The notes under the pieces were generated by a model. It was given only the letters and a program-made list of their open reading frames with translations, ran no database searches and was not told the origin of the DNA. The translations under genes and the position numbers were made by a program. Below, one piece after another: positions 1-10,500 of a stretch of DNA of 64,000 nucleotides. Each line of letters opens with the position of its first letter. Within the stretch, counting starts at the first letter, position 1. The stretch comes from an uncultured delta proteobacterium (GTDB lineage: Bacteria; Myxococcota_A; Polyangia; Polyangiales; Polyangiaceae): the NCBI GenBank assembly GCA_963839305.1, contig CAWIUL010000011.1, positions 2,569,561 to 2,633,560 of the forward strand, given 5' to 3'.

Positions 1-430
1 CGACGACGACGGCAACGACGAGGAGCCCCGCTGCAGTCTCCGCGCCTGTAAGCCGTCCGGTGCCGCCGAAGAGCGCTTCCATGAGCTCCTCTCCCGTCGT
101 CATCAAGCTGCCCACGGCGAGCGCGGTGGAGAACACGACGCCGATGACCGTCTCCGTCGCGAGTCGCGTCCTGCGCTCCATTCCCCAAACGAGAAGGGCC
201 CCGAGGACGAGCATCGCGACACCGCCAATCACGGGCTGGATCCGCACGAGAAGCGCGAGGCCGATTCCAGGTAGCGCAACGTGAGAGAGCGCGTCGGCGG
301 CGAGCGTCATCCTGCGCATGACGGCGAAGCAGCCGACGAGACCGGCGGCCACTCCAGTGCCGACCGCGAGGGCCAGCTCGCTAACCTCGTTGGTGATCAT
401 GAACGTGGTATCCGACGGGCGTGCCATAGA
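1..430 (-). CDS. ABC transporter permease, ZnuB-like (metal uptake); 3' end lies beyond window start
   Basis: Reverse translation gives MARPSDTTFMITNEVSELALAVGTGVAAGLVGCFAVMRRMTLAADALSHVALPGIGLALL..., a hydrophobic multi-TM Zn/Mn permease pattern, directly downstream of the ABC ATPase on the same strand. The start may be M at 403 instead of 430. Confidence 0.6.
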
Positions 431-1091
431 GTTGTTCGAGCATCGTTGGAGTGAGGACCGTCTTCGGGGCGCCAAAGCACGCGGCCCCGCGCGCGAGGCA
501 AAGGACGTTCGAGGCGTAGCGGTAGACGACGCTCAAATCGTGCGAGATCAGGACGACCGTCAGGCCCTCGTCACGTCGCAACCTCTCGATCGTCTCGTTC
601 ACCGTCTCCTGCCCCGGCTCGTCCACCCCGGCCGTCGGCTCGTCCAAGAGGAGCACGGTTGGCTCGCCGACGAGCGCCGTGGCCACGAGCAAGCGCTGGA
701 ACTGTCCTCCCGAGAGCGCTCCGATCGGCATGCTGGCGATGTCGTGGCCAAGGCTGACGAGATCGAGCGCCCGTAAGACATCGCCGCTGGTGGTGTGGGT
801 TACCGCCGCTTTGGCGCGCAGGAAGTCGTCGCCCGTCACCGGCAGATCGCGCTCGATGTCGAGCTTCTGCGGCACGTAACCGATCCGTGTTCCCTTCGCC
901 CAGCGGACGGTTCCGTCGTGCGGGATCGCACCGATGAGCGCCTGGAAGAGCACCGTCTTGCCAGCGCCGTTGGGTCCGATGATCGCCAGCGAGCTGCCAC
1001 GCAAGACGTCGAACGACAGAGCGCTGAGGATCTCGGTTCGGCCAAAGCGCACCGAGACGTTCAGGACTTCGAGAGCGTTTGCGTCGCGCAT
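381..1091 (-). CDS. ABC transporter ATP-binding protein, ZnuC/MntB-like
   Basis: Walker A GPNGAGKT, signature LSGGQFQRL and Walker B LLLDEP. Start chosen at MRDANALEVLNVSVRFG (ATG complement 1089-1091); the ORF upstream of that is GC junk. Confidence 0.85.
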   Translation of the reverse strand: MRDANALEVLNVSVRFGRTEILSALSFDVLRGSSLAIIGPNGAGKTVLFQALIGAIPHDGTVRWAKGTRIGYVPQKLDIERDLPVTGDDFLRAKAAVTHTTSGDVLRALDLVSLGHDIASMPIGALSGGQFQRLLVATALVGEPTVLLLDEPTAGVDEPGQETVNETIERLRRDEGLTVVLISHDLSVVYRYASNVLCLARGAACFGAPKTVLTPTMLEQLYGTPVGYHVHDHQRG

Positions 1092-2142
1092 GGTCCTTCG
1101 ATGGCATGCAACGTGCGAACCCGTCGCCGTGCGGTTCTGGCTTCTGCTTTTTTCGCTGACCGCCGGATTGGTCTTCGCCAAACCCGCCGACGCGCAGTGC
1201 ACGTCGAATGCCTCGTCGTGTGTGACATGTCACGAGACGCAGGGCCTGCGACCCGTGCTGCAAAGCAAGCAGGCTTGGCACGTCGATCACGGTTTTGGTG
1301 ATCTCTGCGCGTCTTGCCACGGGGGCGATCCCACGACGCCGACCAAGGCGCAAGCGCACCTCGGTCGACGCGACCCACTGGCCGATCCCGCCACGTCCTG
1401 CGCAGGCTGTCACGCGAGCGATGCAGCTGCGCGTGCGGAGCGGTACCGCGCGGCAGCGAGCCCTGCGATCGCGCCGGTGTCGCCGCCACCCTCGAGCCCT
1501 TCGTCGCCATCGTCATCGACAGGCGCGTCGACGGCCGATCGCGTTCTCGCGATCGTCGCCGCGGTTCTCGCCTTCGCGCTCTACGTCGTCGTGCGCCGCA
1601 AGATCACGGGTTCGCAGCGCACCTTCTTGGCGTGGCTTCGTGAGAAGAGGTGGTCTCCCTACGCCGCCGGTGTGATGCTCGGGCTCGTCATCGCGTTCTC
1701 CGAGGTGATCTGCGCGCGTCCGCTCGGCGCGGCGGGCGCGTTCGACAAGCTCGCGGCCTATCCCGGACGTTGGCTCTTCCCGAAGAGTCAATACTACGGC
1801 CACGTCATGTCGCCCGGGATCACGTGGCAGGTGTGGCTCATCGTCGGCGTGATCGTGGGCTCGTTCGCGTCGAGCAAGCTGTCGGGAGAAGCGCGGCTTC
1901 GTTGGCTTCCCGATACGCAGTGGCGGCCGCGCTTCGGCAACAGCCGCAAGCTGCGGCTCGTCGTCGCGTTCTTCGGCGCCGTTCTCGTCCAGGTCGGCGC
2001 GGGGATCGCGGGCGGCTGCACGAGCGGTCTCGCGATGTCAGGCGGCGCCGCGCTCGCACCGGGGGCGTTTCTCTTCATGGCGGGCATGTTCGCGGGCGGC
2101 ATCCCGACGGCGTGGCTCTTTTACCGCGGGAGGGCAGAGTGA
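1090..2142 (+). CDS. Triheme c-type cytochrome domain (3x CxxCH) fused to YeeE/YedE-family (sulfur-transport, TsuA-like) membrane half
   Basis: Signal peptide MVLRW...LLLFSLTAGLVFAKPADA (alternative GTG start at 1129). Three heme motifs CVTCH, CASCH and CAGCH, then a Pro/Ser linker, a TM helix and the YeeE/YedE hallmark GIAGGCTSGLAMSGG. One continuous frame in the ORF track. Confidence 0.75.
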   Translation: MVLRWHATCEPVAVRFWLLLFSLTAGLVFAKPADAQCTSNASSCVTCHETQGLRPVLQSKQAWHVDHGFGDLCASCHGGDPTTPTKAQAHLGRRDPLADPATSCAGCHASDAAARAERYRAAASPAIAPVSPPPSSPSSPSSSTGASTADRVLAIVAAVLAFALYVVVRRKITGSQRTFLAWLREKRWSPYAAGVMLGLVIAFSEVICARPLGAAGAFDKLAAYPGRWLFPKSQYYGHVMSPGITWQVWLIVGVIVGSFASSKLSGEARLRWLPDTQWRPRFGNSRKLRLVVAFFGAVLVQVGAGIAGGCTSGLAMSGGAALAPGAFLFMAGMFAGGIPTAWLFYRGRAE

Positions 2143-2681
2143 TGTTCGACGTCGTCAAAGCCCTCGTGCTCGGCTTCCTCTTCGGATGGTCACTGCACAA
2201 GGCTGGCCTCACGCACTACGCGCGCATCGTGAACGTCTATCGGCTCCGCGACCTGACCGTGTTGCGCTTCATGCTGACCGCGCTCGTGGTCGGCGCGTTC
2301 GCCAACCAAGCCGGCGTCGCCCTTGGGTTCGCGGCGAGCGTGCCCGTTCCGCCGACGTCGCTGGCCAACGTCATCGGCGGGGTCGTGTTCGGCGTCGGAA
2401 TGGCGACCGCGGGCTACTGCCCGGGCACGGTCGCCGCCCAAGCCGGAGAGGGACACCTCGACGCTTGGGTGGCTGGGCTCTCGGGTCTGCTCGTCGGCGC
2501 CATCGTCTTCGGGCTACTCCAACCGAACATCATGCCGAAGCTCGCGCCGCTCGGCGCGCTTGGGCGCGTCACCGTCGCAGGGCTCACGGGCGCGAGCCCC
2601 TGGTTGGTGCTGCTCGTCTTCGCTCAGCTCGTCGTGCTCACGCTCACGCTCACCGCTCGCGTGGGACGGAGCGCGGCGTGA
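2142..2681 (+). CDS. YeeE/YedE-family membrane protein (second half of split thiosulfate/sulfur transporter)
   Basis: MFDVVKALVLGFLFGWSLHKAGLTHYARIV... with the conserved GYCPGT motif. The ATG overlaps the upstream stop (TGATG), indicating translational coupling. Confidence 0.75.
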   Translation: MFDVVKALVLGFLFGWSLHKAGLTHYARIVNVYRLRDLTVLRFMLTALVVGAFANQAGVALGFAASVPVPPTSLANVIGGVVFGVGMATAGYCPGTVAAQAGEGHLDAWVAGLSGLLVGAIVFGLLQPNIMPKLAPLGALGRVTVAGLTGASPWLVLLVFAQLVVLTLTLTARVGRSAA

Positions 2682-4010
2682 TCACTGGCACTGCGTCGAG
2701 CACTGGCTCGAGCACGCGCTCGTGCAGAGGCAGCTGTAGTAGCTGTCGAACGCGCTCGTTTGGCCGCTCGAGTACGTGCTGTAGCAAGTGCTCGAGCACG
2801 ACGTGTTGCCGTTGCACGCCATGATGCACGACACGAGCGACTTGCACGTCCCGGTGCACGCGGCGTATTCGGACCCGCACATGCCCGTGCTCGAGTCGGC
2901 GCTCGCCTGGCACGAGCTGCACGTGCCGCCCGAAGCCTGGCACTGGCCGTTGTAGCAAGAGCCGCCGCCGCACGAGTTGCCGCACGCGCCGCAGTTGCTC
3001 GGATCCGAATTCGTGTCGACGCACTTCGTTCCGCAAGAGGTCTGCGAGGACTTGCACGCTTGGAGCGCGATCGACTCGGTCGACGTGGTCATGAGATCGA
3101 GCCACGCCTTGGGCTGCACGGTCGCGGCGTCGAGCGTGCCGACGGTCTTCGCGTCTTGGTGGCGCTCGAGGCGAACGCGTTCGATCGAGAGATCGAGCGC
3201 TTGGACGTTGCTCGTGCCGAGCACCTGCGTGATGACGTCGCGTGGGAGCGAGAACGCGCCGCTCGAGTCTTGCGCGAGGCAGCGCGCGGAGCCGCCGGCG
3301 CCGGTGAGGCTCACGTAGACGCGATCGTTTCCGGGCAGCCACCCGAGCATGACGTCCGACGAGCCGAACACTTCGTCGAGGCTCAGTTGATCGAGCGGAG
3401 GGTTCGCTTCGAGGAGCGTCGTCGCCTTGAAGGACACGTCGAACGCGGTGAAGCCCGCGCCCGTGGGACCTGCCGATTGAACGCGCAGATCGACGCCCGG
3501 CGCGAACGGCGAGCCCTCGTCGGAGGTCTTCCAGCCGTACGGCGGATAGACGGCGATCGGCATGTTCGTGCCGGAGATCGCGATAGGCCCCGAGTCGAAG
3601 GTTTGGATCGCCTTGCAGCTCTGTGAGCCGTCGCCGGCGCGGACGCATTGCTGTCCGTCGCCGCACGAGAGCGTGCACGCGGGAATGCACGCGGCGTTGC
3701 AGCCGTCGTCGAACCCGCAGGTCTCGCCGGTCTTGCAGCCGAGGCTCGAGCAGTCGGGAGCTTGCGTGATCGTGCACGTCGCGAGCTGCGACTGCCCGCA
3801 CGACGTGAGCACGCTGGACGTGTCGGGGACGAACGAGACCGACACGCTCGGCGTCACGACGCTCGAATTCGGCGCGTGCGAGGCCGAGAGCACGATGGTG
3901 CCCTGCGCGCGCACCGTCTGATCCGCGAGCGGATCGGTGAAGCTGACGTTCGTCGCACACGCGAAAGCGAAGGCGAGCAGACCGCTCGCGAGCAAGTGGG
4001 ATTGGCGCAT
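2682..4010 (-). CDS. Secreted cysteine-rich protein with myxobacterial-type Cys-rich repeats
   Basis: Signal peptide MRQSHLLASGLLAFAFACA, then 442 aa with about 45 Cys in CxxC/CGxC clusters (CGACGNSCGGGSCYNGQC) and Ser/Thr richness. Codon usage is consistent with the rest of the window. Confidence 0.6.
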   Translation of the reverse strand: MRQSHLLASGLLAFAFACATNVSFTDPLADQTVRAQGTIVLSASHAPNSSVVTPSVSVSFVPDTSSVLTSCGQSQLATCTITQAPDCSSLGCKTGETCGFDDGCNAACIPACTLSCGDGQQCVRAGDGSQSCKAIQTFDSGPIAISGTNMPIAVYPPYGWKTSDEGSPFAPGVDLRVQSAGPTGAGFTAFDVSFKATTLLEANPPLDQLSLDEVFGSSDVMLGWLPGNDRVYVSLTGAGGSARCLAQDSSGAFSLPRDVITQVLGTSNVQALDLSIERVRLERHQDAKTVGTLDAATVQPKAWLDLMTTSTESIALQACKSSQTSCGTKCVDTNSDPSNCGACGNSCGGGSCYNGQCQASGGTCSSCQASADSSTGMCGSEYAACTGTCKSLVSCIMACNGNTSCSSTCYSTYSSGQTSAFDSYYSCLCTSACSSQCSTQCQ

Positions 4011-4058
4011 CTTGATTGTCTCCGCGCGTGGATACGCACACGCGCGGACAATCTCCCC

Positions 4059-7000
4059 TCACACGAGAAGCAGCGCGCCCTCCGCGGGCATCCCCGTGGC
4101 CTCGGACACGGCGCGCGCGTAGAGGCGGACCTGCGCCTCGTAGGCGGCCTTCGCTTCGGCGAGCTCGTGGTCGGTCTTGAAATCGACGATCATCCACGCG
4201 TCGCCGCGGCGAAACGCGAGGTCGAGCACGCCCTCGACCAGCGTGCCGTCGGCCTCGCGGAGGACGATCGGCGACTCGCGCCGGTGATCCGACGCGGCCG
4301 CCTCGCGCACGAGCGGGTGCTTCAGGGCGGAGATCGCCGCGGCGGTCGCGTGCTTCGCGTCCGAGTCGCTCGCGCCGAGCATGCGCGCTTGAACGTGCGC
4401 GACCTTGGCGATCGCGTCGGCGTTGGCGTCGAGCGCGACCTCCGCGAGCACGGAGTGGACGAGCACGCCGAACGATTTTCCGCGCGGGCGCCCAGCGCGC
4501 TCGGCGTCGGTCTTGTGGACCGCGACGGGCAAGAGCGACACGGGCCCACCGAGCTTGCTGCGCGTCGTGACGATCTCGACGCGGTGCGTGGGCTCCTTGC
4601 CGCGAGCGATCGCCTCTTGGCGCGCCGTGCGCCAAGTGTCGTGCTCGCGCTCGCTCGTCGCGTCGCGACCGCCCGCGTCGTCGACGGCGAGGATCCTCTG
4701 CTGGCGGAGCCCGGCGTCTTGCGCGGCGGTGAGCTTGAGCGCGCGCGGATCCCACCACACGACCGTGTGCGTCCCCGTTTGCGGAATGTGGAGGCCAGGG
4801 CGCACGGCGCTCCGCTTGTCGCGCTCGGTCTTTTGCGGTCGCTCGAGCACCGAGTCGTCGCCGAACGCGGGACAACCCGGCGCTTCGTGCGCCGCGCGCC
4901 AATCCTCCGGACGCGGATAGACTGCAGGGCCGAGCGGCGAGAGCCACCAACCCGGGTCGATGCCTTCGTCGCCGACGACCGGCACGACCAGCAGATCGCG
5001 CGCGCGCGTCGCGGCGACGTACGTGAGGCGCACGGCCTCTTCCTCGTCGTGACGGAGCACCTGCTCGCGCCGCTCGAGGAGCTCGATGGGCGTGCAGCCC
5101 TCGAGCGTCGTCGCCCACAGTTTCTTGTCGGGGTCGAGGTACCGCGACGGCTTGTTCGAGACGAGCGTGCACGACGGGTCGACGAGCACGACCACGGGGA
5201 ACTCGAGGCCCTTCGCCTTGTGCACGGTCATGATGCGCACGCCCTCGGTCCCCTCTTCGACGACGGGAGCCTCGGCGCCGCCGCCGCGATCCTCCTCTTC
5301 TTCGAGGTGACGCACGAACGCGCGGAAGCTCGTCGCGCCCGCGGCCTCGAAGCGCCGCGCGTCGTCGAGCAAGCGGAGCAAATTGGCGAGCGCCTGCTCG
5401 CCCGTCGGCCAAATCGCGATGCCCGCGTGCGCGCGCGTGCGCTCGAGGAGCTCCGCGATCGAGTCGGCGATGGGGCGCCGATTGCGGCGCGCGTGGAGGT
5501 GACGGAGGATCTCGAGCGCCTCGCCGATGGGCTTCGTGTGCTCGTCGAGGTCCTTCGGCACGTGCGTCGGGCGGAGCGCCCCGTGCCGCGTTCGATACAA
5601 GAGGAGCGCGTCGTCGGAGATGGCGACGAGCGGGCCGCGAAGCGTCGCGAAGACCGAGAGCTCGTCGTCGGGCCACTCGATCGCGGAGAGCGCGTTCTTC
5701 AGCGCGACGACCTCTTCGCGTTTGTAGAACGAGCGACCGCCGACGAGCACGTGCGGCACGCGGCGCTGCTCGAGCGCGCGCACGTACCCGCGCGTGACGT
5801 CCTCGCCGAAGCTCACGAAGCGACGGAACAAGAGGCACACGTGGTTCGCCTTGATCGGCACGCGCGCGCCGCGGTCCTCGACGGTCCACTTGCTCTCGCG
5901 GATCAACCAGTCGATGAACGCGGCGATCGCGTCGGGGAGCGACTCGCTCACCTGCCACTGCGTCACCTTGCCGGATTTGTCCGAGTAGGGGCGCGGGACC
6001 GGGAGCGCGACGAGCGACGGCTGATTCGCTGGGTCCTCCCGGTGTTTTTCGAGCGGCACGTACTCGGCCTGGCTCCCGTCGGGGCTGCCTTGCATGCGTG
6101 GCGAGAACGACGCGTTGATCGCGCTCTGGATCGCGGGGGTCGAGCGGAAGCTCGTCTGGAGGTGAAGGAGCTTGGCCCCCTGCGCGAGGAGCTGCCGCTT
6201 CACGCGCTCGTAGAGCATCACGTCGGCGCGGCGGAATCGGTAGATCGACTGCTTCGGATCGCCAACGACGAACAGCTTGCCCGGCGCGACGCGCACGTCG
6301 AACGCGTTCCGCACCGCGGGATCGTTCGCGCAGAGGAGCAAGAGGATCTCCGCCTGGAGCGGATCGGTGTCCTGGAACTCGTCGACGAGCACGTGCGAGA
6401 AGCGCGCCTGGAGCTCCGAGCGCGCCTTCGGGTTCGCGACGAGCATGTCGCGCGTCTCGAGCAGCAGATCGAGGAAGTCGAGCTTGCCGAGCTTTCGCTT
6501 CACGTCGCCGTACTGCTTCACGAGGTCTTGGAGATCGGCGTGGAGGCACGCGGCGAGATCGGCCTCGGCGCGCTGGAGGACGTTCTCGAGATCCGCGCGC
6601 GCGGCGTCACGCTCGTCGATCACCGTCTGCTTCGCGACGCCCTTGGCGAACTGCTTCGGGCCGCCGACGTACTTCCACGTGCGCACGCGCGAGAGCGTGC
6701 GGAGCTCCTCTTCGAGCCCGTCGTAGTCGCGCTTCCACGCGGCGCCGCTCTCGGTAGAGGAGTTGTCGATCTGCTCGCGGCGATCGAGCTCGTGGATGAA
6801 GCGCTTGATCTCGAGGAGGTTCTGCGAGAGCCAGGTGGTCTTGTCGAGCGCGGCGTCGAAGTACTTCGCGACGTCGCGGAGGCGCGTCACGATCGCGTCG
6901 AGCTCGCCCGCGCGATCGAACGGGTCGCGGCGCCACGGGTGATCGAAGTCGCGCTGATCGACGAGCTGAAGGCCCGCGCGACGCAGCAAATTGCGGGGTC

Positions 7001-7550
7001 CTCCCGCCTCGCGATCGCGGTAGCGCTTTCGGAGCATGCGCCGCACGGCCTCGCGCGGGCTCTGGAGCTCGCGTTGGAAGAATCGCTCGAAGGCCTCGTC
7101 GAAGAGGCGCTCCTGCGTGCCCTCGTCGGCCGCCATGAAGAGCGGGTCGACGCGCGCCTCGACGGGGCGCTCGCGGAGGAGCTCGGCGCAGAACGCGTGG
7201 ATCGTGCCGATGTGCGCGGCCTCGAGCTCGCTGAGCGCGCGATCGAGCCTCGCGCGCACTCGCGTGGCCTCTTGCGCCGCCGCGCCTTCGGCGGATCCGG
7301 CGACCGTCGCGTCGCGGCGCGCCTTCTCGATCTCCGTGCGGAGGCGGAGCTTCATCTCGCCCGCGGCTTTCTCCGTGAACGTGACGGCGACGGTCGACGC
7401 GAGCGTCGCCTTGCCGCTCGTGAGGAGCGCGAGGACGCGCGCGACGAGCTCGGTGGTCTTTCCCGTCCCCGCGGCCGCCTCGACGACGAGGGTCGCGTCG
7501 AGGTTCTTCCGAATGGCGTCGCGCGCCTCTTGGTCGACGAGCGTCGTCAT
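4059..7550 (-). CDS. addA: ATP-dependent helicase-nuclease subunit A (AddA/UvrD-like with C-terminal RecB-type PD-(D/E)xK nuclease)
   Basis: Start MTTLVDQEARDAIRKNLDATLVVEAAAGTGKTTELV (Walker A). UvrD motifs VLVDEFQDTDPLQ and IMTVHKAKGLEFPVV. C-terminal nuclease motif VLDLAFRRGDAWMIVDFKTD. The start overlaps the addB stop (ATGA). Confidence 0.85.
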   Translation of the reverse strand: MTTLVDQEARDAIRKNLDATLVVEAAAGTGKTTELVARVLALLTSGKATLASTVAVTFTEKAAGEMKLRLRTEIEKARRDATVAGSAEGAAAQEATRVRARLDRALSELEAAHIGTIHAFCAELLRERPVEARVDPLFMAADEGTQERLFDEAFERFFQRELQSPREAVRRMLRKRYRDREAGGPRNLLRRAGLQLVDQRDFDHPWRRDPFDRAGELDAIVTRLRDVAKYFDAALDKTTWLSQNLLEIKRFIHELDRREQIDNSSTESGAAWKRDYDGLEEELRTLSRVRTWKYVGGPKQFAKGVAKQTVIDERDAARADLENVLQRAEADLAACLHADLQDLVKQYGDVKRKLGKLDFLDLLLETRDMLVANPKARSELQARFSHVLVDEFQDTDPLQAEILLLLCANDPAVRNAFDVRVAPGKLFVVGDPKQSIYRFRRADVMLYERVKRQLLAQGAKLLHLQTSFRSTPAIQSAINASFSPRMQGSPDGSQAEYVPLEKHREDPANQPSLVALPVPRPYSDKSGKVTQWQVSESLPDAIAAFIDWLIRESKWTVEDRGARVPIKANHVCLLFRRFVSFGEDVTRGYVRALEQRRVPHVLVGGRSFYKREEVVALKNALSAIEWPDDELSVFATLRGPLVAISDDALLLYRTRHGALRPTHVPKDLDEHTKPIGEALEILRHLHARRNRRPIADSIAELLERTRAHAGIAIWPTGEQALANLLRLLDDARRFEAAGATSFRAFVRHLEEEEDRGGGAEAPVVEEGTEGVRIMTVHKAKGLEFPVVVLVDPSCTLVSNKPSRYLDPDKKLWATTLEGCTPIELLERREQVLRHDEEEAVRLTYVAATRARDLLVVPVVGDEGIDPGWWLSPLGPAVYPRPEDWRAAHEAPGCPAFGDDSVLERPQKTERDKRSAVRPGLHIPQTGTHTVVWWDPRALKLTAAQDAGLRQQRILAVDDAGGRDATSEREHDTWRTARQEAIARGKEPTHRVEIVTTRSKLGGPVSLLPVAVHKTDAERAGRPRGKSFGVLVHSVLAEVALDANADAIAKVAHVQARMLGASDSDAKHATAAAISALKHPLVREAAASDHRRESPIVLREADGTLVEGVLDLAFRRGDAWMIVDFKTDHELAEAKAAYEAQVRLYARAVSEATGMPAEGALLLV

Positions 7551-10500
7551 GCGCGCTCCCGCAGGCGCGAGAGCGGGACGATGTCCTTCGCGGGCTTCTT
7601 CGCGACGCGCGTCTCCTCGTAAGGCCCGCAGATGCGTTGGTAGTCGCACCACCTGCACTCGCCCTTCGCGGGGACCGCGGGGAGAAAGCCGCGCTCGATC
7701 GCGTCGTGGATCGTGGTCGCGACGAGCTTGGCCTCTTCGCGCGCGGAGGTGTCGAGCGGGATCGGGACCGACGTGTAGTCGCCGGCGGACGTGCAGTAAT
7801 AGAGGCGGCCGCCCCACACCGTCCCGCCGAGGAGCTTCTCGATCGCGAGCGCGTAGAGGACGGGCTGGAGCGTCTTGCCGCCGCCGATGATCGTCGACTC
7901 GTCTGCGCGGACCTTTCCGGATTTGTGATCGGTCGCGCGGAGCCAGCCGTCGCGATCGCGCCGCTCGACGAGGTCGATCGATCCGCGAAGCTTGATTCCG
8001 CAATCGAGATCGAGCGGTTTTTCCGCGCTCTTGGGGTCCTGCTGCTCGCGGCGATCCTTCGCGAGGCCGAACGAGAGCTCGAAGTGCGCGGGGATCCAGC
8101 CGCGCTCGCTCTCGTCGGTCGCCATGCGGCGTAGCCACTCGGCGAGATCGGCGCGGATGCGCGCGACGCCGTCCTCCCAGACGCGCGGGATCGCCGGCTT
8201 GAGGTCGTCCTCGTAGCGCGAGGCGACCGTCGCGGTGGAGCGATCGAGCACCACGCGCGCGGCGGAGAGGTTCGACATCGTGACGGGCAAGAGCTTTTCG
8301 TCTCGCAGCGCGCAGAGCGTCTCGAACTGCGCCTCGTGCATCATCGAGCCGCGCTGGAGCGGATCGATCTCCTCGAGCGGCGCAGGCTCCTCGCGCGGCG
8401 CAAGGCGGTGCACGGCCTGGAGCAGGAACTTGTACGGACACGAGGCGAAGTTCTGGAGCGCCGTCGGCGAGAACGAGCGCGCGGAGAGGTCGTGCTTCTT
8501 GAGGGCTTCGTGCGCCGCGGCGCTCGGGTGGACGAGCCCGTCCGAGCGATACCAGCGGACGTTGTTCCACCGCTCGGCGCGGAAGCGGAGCGCGCGGCCG
8601 AGGTGCGGGTTCGACGTGAGGAGGTAGCGCGCCGCGCCGACGGTCTCCTCCGAAGGAAGCTGCAAGACGCGCTCGAGGATCGCGAGGTCGTACTCGGCGT
8701 CGTCGATCGCGTCCTTGGCGTGGAGCGGCGCGGGCCACCCGATGCGCACGCTGGCGCTCGATGCGCGCCGCGCGAGATCGTCGAAGCCAGGGAGCACGCC
8801 CTCGGCCGCGCGCACGAGCTCGAGCGCGTAGAACGAGGGCGTTCGCGGGCGCGCCTGGTCCACGTCGAGGCGCGGGTAGCTCGCGACGACGCGGCGAGAA
8901 GCCGCGCCCACCGCGAGGCGAAGCGCGAGCCTCTCGTTTGCCGAGCGCTCGTCGTTCTTTCGAAGGCCCGAGTCCGCGCGGATCCCGTCGGGGAGGATCG
9001 GGTCCTCGATGACCTTCTGCGGGAACATCTTCTCCGCGAGGCCGGGCACGAAGACCACGTCGAACTCCATGCCGCGCGCCTCTTCGGGCGTCGCGATGAA
9101 GATCTTTCCGTAGCGCGAGCCGCTCGGCGGATCGATCACGTCCGTGAGGCGCTGCTCGAGCACGAGGCGCACCTCGCGAAGATCGATCGGCCCTACCTCG
9201 GACATCGGCTCGAGCTCCGCGAGCGCGGCTTGGACGCGCGTCGGCTTGCGGAGCGCGCGGCTCGCGAGCACCGAGAGCGACTCGATCCACTGGCCCCACG
9301 TCGCGCTCTCGGGGAGCGCCTCGAGCTCGTCGAGGAGCGGGAGCGCGAAATCTCGCAGCGCGCCGAGCGCGTCGATCGAGCGTTCGAAGCTCGCGACGCG
9401 CTCCTCGGCGTAGCGCTTCGCGTTCTCGAGGTCGGCCTGGAGCTCGGCCTGCAAGCCTTCGAGCCTTCGCGCCCAGCGCGCTTTGTCCTCGATGACCGCC
9501 GCGTCGACGAGCAGGCGCTCCCAGAGGCGCGGCGCGCGGAGCGTGCCGTGCTCGACCGGCGACTCGTCCTCGGCGGGCTCGAGGCCCTCTTCGTCTTCGC
9601 CTTCCTCGTACGACGCGCGCGAGACGACGTCCGCGACGACCTCCGAGTCCGGCGGGACCCAGCGGCTGCCTTCGTCCTTCGCGGGCGGTGGCGCGCCGAG
9701 CGGATCGGCGCGCGGGATCTCGCCGAGCGAGAGGTACTCGGCGAAGCGCATCGCGGAGAGCGACTCGAGCTTGCACGCGAGGAGCGCGAGGAGCGCGCGT
9801 CCCGAGGGATCCGGGCGCGCGGTGCCACGCGCGAAATGCGCCGGGATCGTCGCGCGGCGGAGCGCCTCCTCGAGGTGCGCGCGATAACGGCTCGGCGCGC
9901 GGAGCAGGACCGCCATGCGATCGAAGCGCGTCCCGCGCTCGGCCTCGGCCTTCGCGATGCGCACGATCTCGACGCACTCGCGGCTCTCGCCGGGCGCCGA
10001 GAACATCGTGAGCGACTCGTCCGGCGCGCGGAGCTCCGTGTGCTCGGAGAAGAGCTGCTCCTGGATGGCCGCGGGCGCGCCGATCGGGGCGAGGCGATCG
10101 ATCGACGACAGGGCGCGGACGTGGCTCATCGTGCCGTCGTCGCCGTGGGGGACCGTGATGATCGCGCCCTTCGCGCGCGCGAAGATCGCCGCGAGGAGCT
10201 CCGACTCGAGCTCGGACTCGATCGCGACGTCGAAGAACACCGTGGGCCTGTCGAGGAGCGCGTGCGGCGCGGGATCCTTCGCGCGCGCGAGCGCGGCCTC
10301 GAGGACCGCGGCGCGATCGGCGAGCTTCACCTCGGAGAGCAGGTCGACGAACGGACCGGCGAGGCGCGCGAGGTCCTTCACCTCGGGCGAGTCCCCGAGC
10401 GACGACGGGTCGACGCGCGCGAGGCGAACTTCTTCGAGGGTGCGCGCGAGCGCCTTCGGCAGCCCGGGGAAATCCGCGATCGGAGCGAGCCGCTCGAGCT

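Noticed and set aside
2650-7622. Very long overlapping ORFs 2650..6549 (-) and 3648..7622 (+) (1299 and 1324 aa)
   Set aside because: Extremely Arg/Ala/Pro/Gly-rich with no motifs. They lie antisense to, or out of frame with, the well-supported AddA and Cys-rich protein genes. Typical high-GC stop-codon-depleted artefacts.
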